From: an uncultured Gammaproteobacteria bacterium
Lineage (GTDB): Bacteria; Pseudomonadota; Gammaproteobacteria; SZUA-229
Direction of reading: 5' to 3'
NCBI GenBank assembly: GCA_937998645.1
Contig: CALLCZ010000032.1
Coordinates: 5,593 to 69,592 of the forward strand
Length of the DNA: 64,000 nucleotides
Shown here one piece after another: positions 10,357 to 20,100 of the stretch. Position 1 is the first letter of the stretch. The number at the start of each line of letters is the position of its first letter. A program made the position numbers and the translations under genes. The notes beneath the pieces were generated by a model. The model searched no databases. It was not told the origin of the DNA and saw only the letters and a program-made list of their open reading frames with translations.

Positions 10357-11340
10357 CTAAGGTTGTTTACACAGAAATTCAGTTTCCCAGTTCCATGCGG
10401 TTTGAATAATGGATTCAAGATCGGCATGTTCAGGACGCCAGCCGAGTTCCTGTTGTGCAAGGGTCGAATCCGCGACCAGGACTGCGGGATCGCCCGGTCT
10501 GCGTTGATCATGTGTAACCTTGAAGTCCTTGCCGGTTACCTGGCGCGTGGTTTCGATAACCTGCTGCACCGAAAAACCTTTGCCATTGCCCAGATTGTAA
10601 CGTGCGCTGTGGCCGGTATCCTGCATGCGTTTTAGCGCCAGTGAATGTGCTTTACATAAGTCATTTATGTGAATGTAATCGCGTACGCAGGTGCCATCGT
10701 CTGTCGGGTAATCATTACCGAAAACCTTGATGTCTTCGCGACGGCCTGAAGCGGCCTGCAGTATCAGGGGGATCAGGTGGGACTCAGGGTTATGGCGCTC
10801 ACCCAGCTCTCCATCGGGATCAGCACCTGCGGCATTGAAGTAGCGCAGGCAGGTTGATTTCAGGCCATAGGCTGTGTCGTAATCCTGCAGAATCTGTTCC
10901 ACCATCAACTTGGTGCGGCCATAGGTGTTAATCGGGTTCTTGCCGTGTTTTTCATCGATCGGGGTATATTCCGGTTCGCCGAAGATGGCAGCCGTTGATG
11001 AAAAAATGAAGTCGCCTATGTCGTGCTGAATCATGGCATCGAGCAGTACCATGGTGTTCAGCACATTGTTTCGATAGTACTTTGCCGGATTGCTTACAGA
11101 CTCACCGACTTCGATGAATGCAGCGAAGTGCATGACTGCATCAATGTTGTAATTACTGAATACATGATCGAGCACCGCAGGATCGCCAAGATCGCCCTCA
11201 ACAAATTCTCCGTACTTGATTGCATCACGATAACCACAACTCAGGTTGTCGAGGGTGATGACTTCAGTGCCGGAAGTGGACAGCTGTTTGACCATGTGTG
11301 AACCAATATATCCGGCGCCACCTATGACTAGTATGCTCAT
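10357..11340 (-). CDS. galE: UDP-glucose 4-epimerase
   Basis: 327 aa. Rossmann GGAGYIGSH, catalytic YxxxK (YGRTKLM). Full-length GalE collinearity. Confidence 0.9.
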   Translation of the reverse strand: MSILVIGGAGYIGSHMVKQLSTSGTEVITLDNLSCGYRDAIKYGEFVEGDLGDPAVLDHVFSNYNIDAVMHFAAFIEVGESVSNPAKYYRNNVLNTMVLLDAMIQHDIGDFIFSSTAAIFGEPEYTPIDEKHGKNPINTYGRTKLMVEQILQDYDTAYGLKSTCLRYFNAAGADPDGELGERHNPESHLIPLILQAASGRREDIKVFGNDYPTDDGTCVRDYIHINDLCKAHSLALKRMQDTGHSARYNLGNGKGFSVQQVIETTRQVTGKDFKVTHDQRRPGDPAVLVADSTLAQQELGWRPEHADLESIIQTAWNWETEFLCKQP

Positions 11341-11538
11341 CTCAGTCCTTTAGAATAATTCAGTAGCCATTATACAGATCAGCGGCTTGCGAATTCTATA
11401 CGGTTTTTTCAGGGTAAAGCTTTTGAGTTTTAGCTTCATGCGTTCCGGGCATTGGTCGATGTTTGCCATTTTGTCAGGTATCGTGTTATACATAGGTCGC
11501 CATGTCAAAATAATAATAATAACGTGGGTAAATACAAA

Positions 11539-11883
11539 ATGCTGCCGCGCAGGTTGTACGAGCTGCTCCCTTTCCTTTACATTTCCACAGGTATGGTCAG
11601 TGTTGTGCTGGTTGATTCCACGATAGTGCTCATATCATCGATATTGCTAATCATTACGGGCGTTTTCATTTTCTTCATGCGAAGAAGCTTCAGGAAATCG
11701 TTAAACCAGCAATATGAGCAGCGTCGTTTTGTATACGAACCTGATGTGTATGAAGGCATTGAAAAACGTTTCGGTATCGATCGCCGCCGACGCAAGGTCA
11801 CTGAATGGCCAATACTGGATAATGCAGGTGAAAAGATTTTTTCTGATCGCCGAGTAGCTGAACGCCGGATATCTGTTAACTAG
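11539..11883 (+). CDS. hypothetical small membrane protein (2 predicted TM helices, Arg-rich C-terminus)
   Basis: ATG at 11539 followed by hydrophobic stretches. It is flanked downstream by hairpins. No homology recognised. Confidence 0.35.
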   Translation: MLPRRLYELLPFLYISTGMVSVVLVDSTIVLISSILLIITGVFIFFMRRSFRKSLNQQYEQRRFVYEPDVYEGIEKRFGIDRRRRKVTEWPILDNAGEKIFSDRRVAERRISVN

Positions 11884-11884
11884 G

Positions 11885-11911
11885 GTAACTCTGATTAATT
11901 CAGAGTTACCG
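11885..11911. terminator. bidirectional hairpin terminator between the convergent hypothetical gene and cysQ
   Basis: Perfect hairpin GGTAACTCTGATTAATTCAGAGTTACC immediately after the stop codons of convergent genes. A second hairpin GCAACACATGGATGTGTTGC follows. Confidence 0.5.
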
Positions 11912-12038
11912 CAACACATGGATGTGTTGCCATTTTCAGTGGCCGATAAGCCATTGAAAATGTAGAGCAAGATAAAATCGCTCTCATCTTGCTCGTGTTC
12001 TGATAATTCATGGATGAATTATTCAGAACTTCCCTGGA

Positions 12039-12860
12039 TTACTGGTTCAGAAAACTCGACCAGTCTTTCTGCTTATCGCCAAAGACAAAGAAAAACGGAT
12101 TCAGCAGACTGTCTTTGGTATTGTATTCAAGTGCACTCATATCGGTTTTTGTGACATAACCGCCCGCCTGTTCGACGATACACTGCGCTGCGGCGGTATC
12201 CCACTCCGAAGTCAGGCCAAGACGTGGATAGAGGTCCGCCTTGCCTTCCGCAACCAGGCAAAATTTCAGTGAGCTGCCCATGCTCAACATATCCACATCA
12301 GCATAACTGGCCGAAAGGTTTGCCATGTATTTCTGCATTTCTTCCGAGCCATGGGAACGGCTTCCAGCTACAACAAGCCTGTTGTCTTCCGGAGTTTTCA
12401 CCGATATCGGCAGCGGCTCTCCCCCCTGTTCGGACTTGAATGCACCGCCGCCCTCGTGGGCAAAATAATCGATATCAAGAACAGGGACATGTATTACGCC
12501 AAGCACGCTTTTATGGTTATTAATCAGCGCGATATTCACTGTAAATTCACCATTGCGCTTGATGAATTCGCGTGTTCCATCAAGCGGGTCTACCAGCCAG
12601 TAGATGTCCCACCGGCTGCGTTCTTCAAACGGCAGTTTGGCAGACTCTTCTGAAAGTATCGGGATGTCAGGTGTGAGAGCCGACAGCGCTTCAACAATGG
12701 TGTGGTGAGACGCCATGTCGGCATTGGTCAGTGGCGATTTGTCATCCTTGTGCTCGATGTCAAATTCAGTGTCATAAACCTCAAGGATCTTCCTGCCGGC
12801 TTCACGTGCTATTTCAACACAGCTGTCACACAGCGATTTAAGGTCAAGAGAATTTGTCAT
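12039..12860 (-). CDS. cysQ: 3'(2'),5'-bisphosphate nucleotidase
   Basis: Inositol-monophosphatase-family motifs (WLVDPLDGTREFIKRNGEFTVNIALI, SRSHG, WDTAAA) collinear with E. coli CysQ. The start was chosen at MTNSLDL. Confidence 0.85.
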   Translation of the reverse strand: MTNSLDLKSLCDSCVEIAREAGRKILEVYDTEFDIEHKDDKSPLTNADMASHHTIVEALSALTPDIPILSEESAKLPFEERSRWDIYWLVDPLDGTREFIKRNGEFTVNIALINNHKSVLGVIHVPVLDIDYFAHEGGGAFKSEQGGEPLPISVKTPEDNRLVVAGSRSHGSEEMQKYMANLSASYADVDMLSMGSSLKFCLVAEGKADLYPRLGLTSEWDTAAAQCIVEQAGGYVTKTDMSALEYNTKDSLLNPFFFVFGDKQKDWSSFLNQ

Positions 12861-12920
12861 GTTTAATTCCTGGTTTGATAGAATTCGGGGCAACCAACTA
12901 TAGACGTTATATTACTGCAT

Positions 12921-13577
12921 ATGCCCTTGCCCGACCTCAAAGATATCGATACCGTATTGCTCGACCTCGATGGTACATTGCTGGACCTGCATTTTGATAA
13001 TCATTTCTGGCTTGAATACGTGCCTGTTTGCTACTCGAAACAGCATCAAATACCGTTACAGCAGGCCCACCAGATCCTGATGCAGCGTTACAACGAGGTC
13101 CGCGGCAGCCTCGACTGGTATTGCGTCGAGTTCTGGACCAGGGAGCTGGGCCTGGATATCGAACAACTGAAGCGGGAGGTCGCGCACAAGATTGCCGTGC
13201 ATCCTTTTGTGCATGATTTTCTGCAGTCGGCCCGCAAGCAGGGCAAGCATGTCGTGCTAGTTACCAACGCGCATCCAGCCAGTTTGTCGATCAAGATGGA
13301 AAAAACCGAGCTGGTCGATTATTTTGATCGCATCGTGACATCGCATGAACTCGGTCTTGCGAAGGAAGAGGATGGCTTCTGGCAGAAGCTGCAAACTGTC
13401 GTGTCCTATACACCTGACAGGACCCTGCTTATCGATGACAACCACGAGGTGCTTGAATGCGCCGAGCGCTACGGCATCGAGCACCTGCTTGCAATACACC
13501 GGCCGGACAGCAAGGGCGATGAGAAATCACACGATCGGTATCATATGTTGAAAAGCTTTGAAGAAATCACGATCTGA
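12921..13577 (+). CDS. HAD-superfamily hydrolase (YrfG-like GMP/IMP nucleotidase family)
   Basis: Motif I DLDGTLLD, motif III K, motif IV IDDN. 218 aa. Confidence 0.7.
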   Translation: MPLPDLKDIDTVLLDLDGTLLDLHFDNHFWLEYVPVCYSKQHQIPLQQAHQILMQRYNEVRGSLDWYCVEFWTRELGLDIEQLKREVAHKIAVHPFVHDFLQSARKQGKHVVLVTNAHPASLSIKMEKTELVDYFDRIVTSHELGLAKEEDGFWQKLQTVVSYTPDRTLLIDDNHEVLECAERYGIEHLLAIHRPDSKGDEKSHDRYHMLKSFEEITI

Positions 13578-14157
13578 CAGCAGGATAAGATTAATTCAAC
13601 CGCAGAGACGCGGAGGCGCAGAGAAAAGCTTTTTTATTAGTATAATCGTGTGACGCAGGGTGCGCTGTGTGTATTGACCAGGTACAGTAATTCGCGGCTA
13701 AAGCTGCTCCTACAAACAATTCAAGCTTATATATTTTTTGTTTCCTCTGCGCCTCCGCGCCTCTGCGGTGAAAAATTTATTCCCAGCCCGTAGCCCGGAT
13801 GTAACGAAGTGGAATCCGGGGTTTTTTAATGCTGCTAAACATTCCCGGATTACGCTGCGCTCCATCCAGGCTACGCAGCTGAAGAGCTTCGAGGAAATCA
13901 CGATCTGACAGCAGGATAAAATTAATTTAACCGCAGAGGCGCGGAGGCGCAGAGAAATTTATTTGTTATCTTGAGCGGTGGCTCCGGCCGCAAAAATCTA
14001 CATTAAGCCAGGAAGTATGCGCCGTGAGTACTAAAACATCGAATGAGTCATATCTGTACCCGTTCTATACACCCAGCGCACCTTGCATCACACGATAATA
14101 CTAAAAACGATTTTCTCTGCGCCTCCGCGTCTCTGCGGTGAAAAATTTATTCCCAGC
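13565..14157. repeat. tandem pair of MITE/BIME-like elements. Each has 24-bp terminal inverted repeats CCGCAGAG(R)CGCGGAGGCGCAGAG (element 1 about 13600–13768, element 2 about 13931–14138). Each is preceded by a duplicated copy of the last ~35 bp of the HAD gene.
   Basis: Seen directly: the repeats at 13601/13745 and 13931/14115 are reverse complements. The shared flanks GAAATCACGATCTGACAGCAGGATAA.ATTAATT.AA and GGTGAAAAATTTATTCCCAGC occur twice. A 34-mer (TATAATCGTGTGACGCAGGGTGCGCTGTGTGTAT) occurs in opposite orientation in the two cores. A GC hairpin followed by a T-run sits at about 13790–13830. Confidence 0.6.
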
Positions 14158-14533
14158 GCTTGAAGCGTTTTTTGCAATAAGCCAGCAGGTCTTCGTAGTT
14201 CTGGAAGTACAGGTCAAATCCATCCTCTGAAGGTGCATCGTATTCGCAGTAATCGTTGGAATGGTCGCGGCATATCGGCGGGCGGGTATCATAAATGCCG
14301 CAGTCACCATTAACCTGCAGATGCTGGCACTTGCCATCAACCAGTAATGTCCAGCCGTCTTCGTCCTTGTATAACTTCACGTGGTCATGCGAGACCTGCC
14401 AGAGTAGATGCCTGAAGTCATCTTTTGAACGCGGTGTATCGATATGGTGTGTGACATAGGTGCAACATATCGAGCCTGTGCAGAATGAACATTTATTATC
14501 AGGTGTAATCTCGATTTCAGCTTTTTTGTCCAT
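14147..14533 (-). CDS. YkgJ-family cysteine-cluster (putative Fe-S/Zn-binding) protein
   Basis: 128 aa with CxxCxxxCC...C...C pattern (CSFCTGSICC ... CQHLQVNGDCGIY ... PICRDH), typical of the UPF0153/YkgJ family. Confidence 0.5.
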   Translation of the reverse strand: MDKKAEIEITPDNKCSFCTGSICCTYVTHHIDTPRSKDDFRHLLWQVSHDHVKLYKDEDGWTLLVDGKCQHLQVNGDCGIYDTRPPICRDHSNDYCEYDAPSEDGFDLYFQNYEDLLAYCKKRFKRWE

Positions 14534-15300
14534 TACATCAGCCCTAGCTGTTTAAGGTTGCCCTTGTTGTTGAATATAAACTCACCGTTGCCCTGTTTTC
14601 TTGCGAACATCGCGATGCTGCTGGACAGATTGCTGCTGGCAGAGGCATTGGGCTTCATGCTTAGCTGAAGTGAATACGCGCCCTGTGCCGTGGTGGTGAA
14701 TGTGCCATTCAATGCAAGATGGCCGCCCTTGTTGCTAATGCTCCCTGACAGGGGTGATTCATCTTTCTCATTGATTAAAACAGAAACATTACCCAGGTTA
14801 GCGCTTTCGGCAATGGTTATGCTTGCCTGGTTCCATGTGAGTGTGCCGTTAACGCGAGGCACCTGTCCCTGTTCTATATATGCATTATCGATGTGCAGTT
14901 GGAATGTTCCTGACAGTTCACCTAGAGGTAGCGAGACCAGGGAGGCCGCATCGGCAGCGTCGAGTTTCATGTTCAGGTCATCAACAGAAAGACTGCCGCT
15001 TATGCCTGTAGAAAGACGTGCGTCTATCGGCTTGCCGTTGAATTCCGCATTGACGCTGATTGCGATACTTGCCAGCAGCAGGCGCCATGGCAGGAATGAC
15101 CATTCGACATTTTTCAGGGTTAAATTTCTGTTGGTGGTTATGGCGTTTGCCCGGCCGTTCCATAATGTTCCGGAGACATTGTTGATGCTAACCGGTATGC
15201 GGCCTTCGAATACGCCTATTACAGGTGCTGCCGGTACGGTAGCTACCAGGAATACGAAATAGGCAATGATGCCGGTGATTATGTAATGGCGGCTTCGCAT
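14533..15300 (-). CDS. gspN: type II secretion system protein N
   Basis: 255 aa with N-terminal TM. It is the last gene of the gspG–N operon. GspN-like sequence. Confidence 0.75.
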   Translation of the reverse strand: MRSRHYIITGIIAYFVFLVATVPAAPVIGVFEGRIPVSINNVSGTLWNGRANAITTNRNLTLKNVEWSFLPWRLLLASIAISVNAEFNGKPIDARLSTGISGSLSVDDLNMKLDAADAASLVSLPLGELSGTFQLHIDNAYIEQGQVPRVNGTLTWNQASITIAESANLGNVSVLINEKDESPLSGSISNKGGHLALNGTFTTTAQGAYSLQLSMKPNASASSNLSSSIAMFARKQGNGEFIFNNKGNLKQLGLM

Positions 15301-15803
15301 CAGTCTCTGTCAAGTGTCATACGTGCATTGATAGCGCCTGCTTTGTCGGCGCGGTCAAAGTTGGCTGAGGATACGCTAATGCCATACTGGGTTTGTAATG
15401 TGCTTAGCCATAGCAGTACCTGGTCAAAAGATGCGTCGTCAATTGTGACGCGTGCGCCTTTATCTGAAGTCGATTCGAGTTTTCTTATATAGGGTTTAAG
15501 ACCTGCTGTGGCGGCGCTTTTTTCTACCAGTAGAGATACGGGTTGCGAGCTGTTTGTTTGCCTTTTTGCGGCGCCCGATGCCTGCAGTGTCCTGACCTCG
15601 GTCGCAGCCGCCTGCATCCAGTCGAGAATGTCGATATGTGTTTGGTATTTCTGCGTCTGAACTTCAACACCCTTGTGGATTGGCTCCCAGATGGTCAGAT
15701 ACAGCAGGGTAATAACGATAACCGCGGACGCAGCCAGCACCAGCTGGCGTTCCCGCTGTTGCAATCCATGATACCAGTGTTGAATATCTTCAAGCTGTTT
15801 CAT
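15300..15803 (-). CDS. gspM: type II secretion system protein M
   Basis: 167 aa, single TM, positioned between gspL and gspN. Confidence 0.75.
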   Translation of the reverse strand: MKQLEDIQHWYHGLQQRERQLVLAASAVIVITLLYLTIWEPIHKGVEVQTQKYQTHIDILDWMQAAATEVRTLQASGAAKRQTNSSQPVSLLVEKSAATAGLKPYIRKLESTSDKGARVTIDDASFDQVLLWLSTLQTQYGISVSSANFDRADKAGAINARMTLDRD

Positions 15804-17032
15804 GAGCCCGATCTCTGAAGTCTGATTCTGCCTTTAACAATGTTCTTTTCAGAAGTTGCCGATGTGATTTCGGTCTTAAGCCTGGTGTTTTTGTTCAGTT
15901 GATTGTTCAGTGTTTCAACTGATTGCAGATTGGTGCCTGTGAGTCCGATTTCCATACGATTGTTGCGAAAGTCGATCGACTGGACTTCGATATCTTTCTG
16001 GCTGGATATTGCAGATACCGACTCGGTTAATAGTGCGAGGAACTGGCTTCCCTGTGGCCCGCCGCCGCCTCTGAGTTCATTAAGTTTCTGCTCCATCTGC
16101 ACGCGTGGGTTAACGATGCGCTTGCTGCCGGGAAAGGATTTTTTATAAATGTTCTCAATCTCTAAACCCAGCCCGGCGTTCTTTTGTTTGAGACTGTTTA
16201 ATTCAACAAGATTGATACCCGCGTACAGCACCAGCCACACGGCGGCCAATGATGCGGCCAGCTGCCAGCGATGCCACTGCCCGCTGCTCTTGCGCCTGGG
16301 TTTGTATTTTCCCTGTAACAGATTTAGTGATTTTGCCCTGTCAAATTCTCCGCAGAAAACCACCAGTGGGTGGGTGTTGTAGGCCACTTTTATGATTTCA
16401 ATATCAGTGTCGATTTGATCCAGGGCTGTGTCCGGCTCTTCACCGTCGAGGTAAAAAAAGACGATCTTTTCAGGTTTGTCTACGGATCTGTCGAGACTGG
16501 CCTGCAGTAATAAGGGAAGATTTGCTGTATCGATAACAGAACCGATGAGAGCTTGAAACTGCACCAGCGCCTTGCCGGCATGAAACAGGACTGACCACTG
16601 ATCAGGTGCGGCGGGTGAACAAATTGCATCAGGAATAACTGCATCGATACTGATGCCCGCCTGATTGAATATGGCCAGCAGACTCTCAATGGTATCTTTT
16701 CGAATGCCTGCAACGGGCGTGCCATAGTGCGGGTCCGTTTTGCCTATAACAAAGTGAAAATCTTCAATATCTTCTGCCAGCTGCTCTTCCAGCGCATACG
16801 GGATTGCGCGCAACATTTTTTGCCGATTGCTGGTTGGAAGCTGCACATGGTTTAGATGCACACTACTGCTGTCAAGCAATACGATAACCTTGTGCTGTTG
16901 AGCAACAGTGGCTGCATCCTCCAGTGATCCGCTGGTGATCCGGCTGGTCAACTCGCCCTGGTTATTGACGTGCGACCATGTGGCCTGATCGGGTCTTGCC
17001 GGATCATAATGCAGTAACAGCGTGCTGGCCAT
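15800..17032 (-). CDS. gspL: type II secretion system protein L
   Basis: 410 aa. Cytoplasmic actin-like domain, TM, and periplasmic domain. Overlapping start/stop with its neighbours. Confidence 0.8.
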   Translation of the reverse strand: MASTLLLHYDPARPDQATWSHVNNQGELTSRITSGSLEDAATVAQQHKVIVLLDSSSVHLNHVQLPTSNRQKMLRAIPYALEEQLAEDIEDFHFVIGKTDPHYGTPVAGIRKDTIESLLAIFNQAGISIDAVIPDAICSPAAPDQWSVLFHAGKALVQFQALIGSVIDTANLPLLLQASLDRSVDKPEKIVFFYLDGEEPDTALDQIDTDIEIIKVAYNTHPLVVFCGEFDRAKSLNLLQGKYKPRRKSSGQWHRWQLAASLAAVWLVLYAGINLVELNSLKQKNAGLGLEIENIYKKSFPGSKRIVNPRVQMEQKLNELRGGGGPQGSQFLALLTESVSAISSQKDIEVQSIDFRNNRMEIGLTGTNLQSVETLNNQLNKNTRLKTEITSATSEKNIVKGRIRLQRSGS

Positions 17033-17988
17033 CAGAAGACTCCCTGTGAGCGGGCAATAACCACTGTGTTGCCGTCAATACTGCGATGAATAATGCTGTA
17101 GCTGAGAACGCGCACTTGCCCGATTGTGGATTCTGTTTGTAGCATGAAATACTCGGTATCGACGGACAGGCCTTCTGTACTGCCTAATTTTTCTTTCAGA
17201 TTGCTGGAACTGGTGAACTCGCCAATATTGTTGAACGCGGTTTCGTTGCGCTGTTCAATAATTTGTTCAATATCACTATCTGTCAAATCATCTGCCAATG
17301 ATCTTAGCACTTCTGTTGTAGCTGTGTTGATGTTGATCGGTGTATTGATGCCAAATGCACAAACATGTGGCAACACGGTGGCGTACACCAGTGGGTCTTC
17401 GAAACCTTTAATTAACCTGAGTTCGCTGATGCTCTGCAATGGTGTGTTGGCTGTCCTGTATGGCTGAGCCAGGTTCATGTAATGAACATCCTCCGCACCA
17501 TCGGGAATCGTGGTTTGCAGATCACTGTCAATCCAGTCGATGATAGTCTGCGCGCCGGCTTTATCAATCTTCAGATTGGTCAGCAGGCGCTCAAGCCGGG
17601 TGCGGGGCAGGCTGGTGTTTTTGTCGGTACCGGTACTGGTGTCAGCACTGGTATCAAGCAGCGAATTAATATTAAAGCATGATTGCAGGTCAGTAAGCCT
17701 GCCCTGTATATAACCACCTTCAACAGGTAGCGGCGGCAGTTCGATCGCCCAGTCTTCTCCGAGGTGGTCTATTTCACTGTCTTCGCGGTCCTGTTTGAGG
17801 ATGCGCTTGCTCCAGCTTTCAGCAGCGAGCGTATAAAGATAGGCCTGGTCACCGGCGATCACATTGCCTGTTCTGCGCACATCGAGCTGCAAGCGGGTGC
17901 TGATGGAGATGCTTATGGTTGTCGCTATCGCAACAATCAGCAGGGCAGTAATGATGGCGACACCGCGTTGTCGGTTAATAGCTGTCAT
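17032..17988 (-). CDS. gspK: type II secretion system minor pseudopilin K
   Basis: 318 aa. N-terminal GVAIITALLIV prepilin-like segment. Confidence 0.8.
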   Translation of the reverse strand: MTAINRQRGVAIITALLIVAIATTISISISTRLQLDVRRTGNVIAGDQAYLYTLAAESWSKRILKQDREDSEIDHLGEDWAIELPPLPVEGGYIQGRLTDLQSCFNINSLLDTSADTSTGTDKNTSLPRTRLERLLTNLKIDKAGAQTIIDWIDSDLQTTIPDGAEDVHYMNLAQPYRTANTPLQSISELRLIKGFEDPLVYATVLPHVCAFGINTPININTATTEVLRSLADDLTDSDIEQIIEQRNETAFNNIGEFTSSSNLKEKLGSTEGLSVDTEYFMLQTESTIGQVRVLSYSIIHRSIDGNTVVIARSQGVF

Positions 17989-18611
17989 CAGCCGCTGACC
18001 ATGAATATGCGCACCAGTTCACCCCAGTCCTGTAACGTCACGGTGAATTCTATTGCTGATAACGCCACAGTATTGCCATCCGACTGCCCGGTGGCGCTGA
18101 GCGGTGGCCATTCATCATGCCACTCATTATTAATATCGAGGAAGCGGATGCCTGCACTTTCGACCTCTTCCAGCAGCACGCTTTCGTAGGGCAGCATTTC
18201 CTGTGTGCGATCCAGTTGCGGCCAATGCAGGCGTGATAGTGTGTTTTCTTCCAGTTTATAGGCGACACGCTGCAAATGGCTGCGCAGCATTTCAGCCGGG
18301 TTACGCCTGCCGCCGCGAGTGAATTCGATGAAAATATCATCACCCTGACCCGTCAGAATATAATTGCTGGTGTTGCCGTACTCATCACGAATGCTGCGTT
18401 GTGACAGCTGGGTAAGGTCACGGGATATTTTCAGCATAGCGAGCTGCACCTGTTGCAGGCGTTGCATGGCTATTTCAGTCTGCTGACTGTTATCGATTAC
18501 ATTGCGCAAACCGCCGTAGGCCATCGCCGATAGTACGGCAAATATTGCAACGGCGACCAGCAACTCGAGCAGGGTAAAGCCATGCGGGTTTTGTCTAGCC
18601 AATGGTGTCAT
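17988..18611 (-). CDS. gspJ: type II secretion system minor pseudopilin J
   Basis: Prepilin signature GFTLLELLVAVAIF. Confidence 0.85.
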   Translation of the reverse strand: MTPLARQNPHGFTLLELLVAVAIFAVLSAMAYGGLRNVIDNSQQTEIAMQRLQQVQLAMLKISRDLTQLSQRSIRDEYGNTSNYILTGQGDDIFIEFTRGGRRNPAEMLRSHLQRVAYKLEENTLSRLHWPQLDRTQEMLPYESVLLEEVESAGIRFLDINNEWHDEWPPLSATGQSDGNTVALSAIEFTVTLQDWGELVRIFMVSG

Positions 18612-19036
18612 GGCTGTAAGGCTGTTGTTGCATCAGGCTTTGATAAATAGCCGACCAGCCGGGTCAGGCTGTACTCACGGTCTTCGTCGAGATATATTCT
18701 GTACTCGACCTGGCGTGAATCATCATCTTCTGTCTCATTCACGGTAAGCGTCCAGTACCATTCAGCACCGGCCATTGCTGTCGAGCCCCTGGTATCGCCT
18801 TTTCCCGGCCAGGCTTTTTCAACCTGCAGCCGGGTGATTTCATTCATCGCGACCCAGTGCGCAACGGTTTTCTGCTTTAAATAGCCCGCGCTGCTGGCAT
18901 GGCTGCCCGAGGTGCTGATGAGAGCGCCCAGGGCTAATGCAACAATAGTCAGCGCAACCAGTACTTCCAGCAGTGTGAAGCCTTTGCACCTGCGGGCTGT
19001 ATTAAAGGTCACTGATTTCCGCCTTGTGCTCGCCAT
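18608..19036 (-). CDS. gspI: type II secretion system minor pseudopilin I
   Basis: KGFTLLEVLVALTIV prepilin N-terminus. Start uncertain (Met at 19036 or 19072). Confidence 0.75.
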   Translation of the reverse strand: MASTRRKSVTFNTARRCKGFTLLEVLVALTIVALALGALISTSGSHASSAGYLKQKTVAHWVAMNEITRLQVEKAWPGKGDTRGSTAMAGAEWYWTLTVNETEDDDSRQVEYRIYLDEDREYSLTRLVGYLSKPDATTALQP

Positions 19037-19535
19037 TGGCTGTGCCTGAAACAATGTAGCTGGTTTCGACACCCGGCATCACCAGCCGCACACTGAAATC
19101 GGGTGTAATTTCACCGCTGGAGAGAATAAATACCTGTGGATCGGGTTTTTCTTCGTCTTTCTTGTCAGCGTCTGTGGAATCCTTTTCTACGAGTACCTCG
19201 ATCTGTTCAATTTCCAGTTCGAGCTCCATGTTTTGCGGAAGTTGCCGTTCTCGCAACAGGTCGTCGTTATCCAGTGGTTGCCATGTGTTTTCGAAATAAA
19301 GCACAAACCGGTAGCTGTCAGGTTTGAATTCCAGACCGTACTCCTGGCCTTTGAGTATCGCTTCTTCGAGCGCAAGCTGCAGTAACCGGTCCAGTCTTTG
19401 TGCCTCGGTTTGAATCAGTTCTTCGGGCGAGGTCCCGCGAATGGCCAGGGTGGTGAATGTGAACAGAATGGAGATGATGACAATGACGACCAGCAGCTCG
19501 AGCAGGCTGAATCCCTTGTCCCGTTTCCTGTACAT
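19002..19535 (-). CDS. gspH: type II secretion system minor pseudopilin H
   Basis: DKGFSLLELLVVIVIISIL prepilin N-terminus. The start was chosen at MYRKRDKGF. Confidence 0.8.
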   Translation of the reverse strand: MYRKRDKGFSLLELLVVIVIISILFTFTTLAIRGTSPEELIQTEAQRLDRLLQLALEEAILKGQEYGLEFKPDSYRFVLYFENTWQPLDNDDLLRERQLPQNMELELEIEQIEVLVEKDSTDADKKDEEKPDPQVFILSSGEITPDFSVRLVMPGVETSYIVSGTANGEHKAEISDL

Positions 19536-19569
19536 GGAGTTTCGACCGGGTGAGCGGGTCGAACTGAAT

Positions 19570-20007
19570 TCAGTCTGTATCCCAGTTACCGATATCCGCA
19601 TTGATACCATCACCGCCCGGGGCGCCATCAGCGCCGAGTGAGTAGATGTCTATTTCACCTTGCTGGCCCGGGTTGAGATACATGTATTCATTGCACCAGG
19701 GGTCTTTTTGCAGACGCTTGATGTAGCCGCCCTGTTTCCAGTTGGGCGGTTCTGGCGTGATAGTTGGTTGAGTCACGAGTGATTCCAGGCCCTGATCGGT
19801 TGTCGGGTAGACGAAATTATCCAGGCGGTAAACATCCAGCGCGCTTTCCAGCGCGTTGATGTCGTGCTTGGCTTTGGATACGCGTGCCTTGTCAGGATTG
19901 TCCATGATCCTGGGGGCGATAACGCTGGCAAGAATGGCCAGGATAACGACCACAACCATGATTTCGATCAGTGTAAAACCCTTTTGATGCAGACTGATAT
20001 TTTTCAA
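19570..20007 (-). CDS. gspG: type II secretion system major pseudopilin G
   Basis: QKGFTLIEIMVVVVILAILASVIAPRI. 145 aa, highly conserved GspG. Confidence 0.9.
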   Translation of the reverse strand: MKNISLHQKGFTLIEIMVVVVILAILASVIAPRIMDNPDKARVSKAKHDINALESALDVYRLDNFVYPTTDQGLESLVTQPTITPEPPNWKQGGYIKRLQKDPWCNEYMYLNPGQQGEIDIYSLGADGAPGGDGINADIGNWDTD

Positions 20008-20100
20008 CGATACAGCTCCGGTGCTTTGCGAAACTGCAGGTATCGGGTAGAGTGACAGTTACGCGGGTACAAATAAAAACCTTGTGCGGGATAATAGCAA

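Noticed and set aside
13565-14157. Possible CRISPR array (regularly spaced repeats containing CTGCGCCTCCGCG)
   Set aside because: Only two units. The repeats are inverted pairs (terminal inverted repeats), not direct repeats with unique spacers. Spacing is irregular (332 versus 364 bp) and no cas genes are nearby.
13710-14340. Short ORFs (63 aa, 79 aa) inside the MITE tandem region
   Set aside because: They are encoded entirely by repeat sequence and inverted-repeat hairpins, and their composition reflects the repeats (RRRRGNK from GCGGAGGCGCAG). Not genes.
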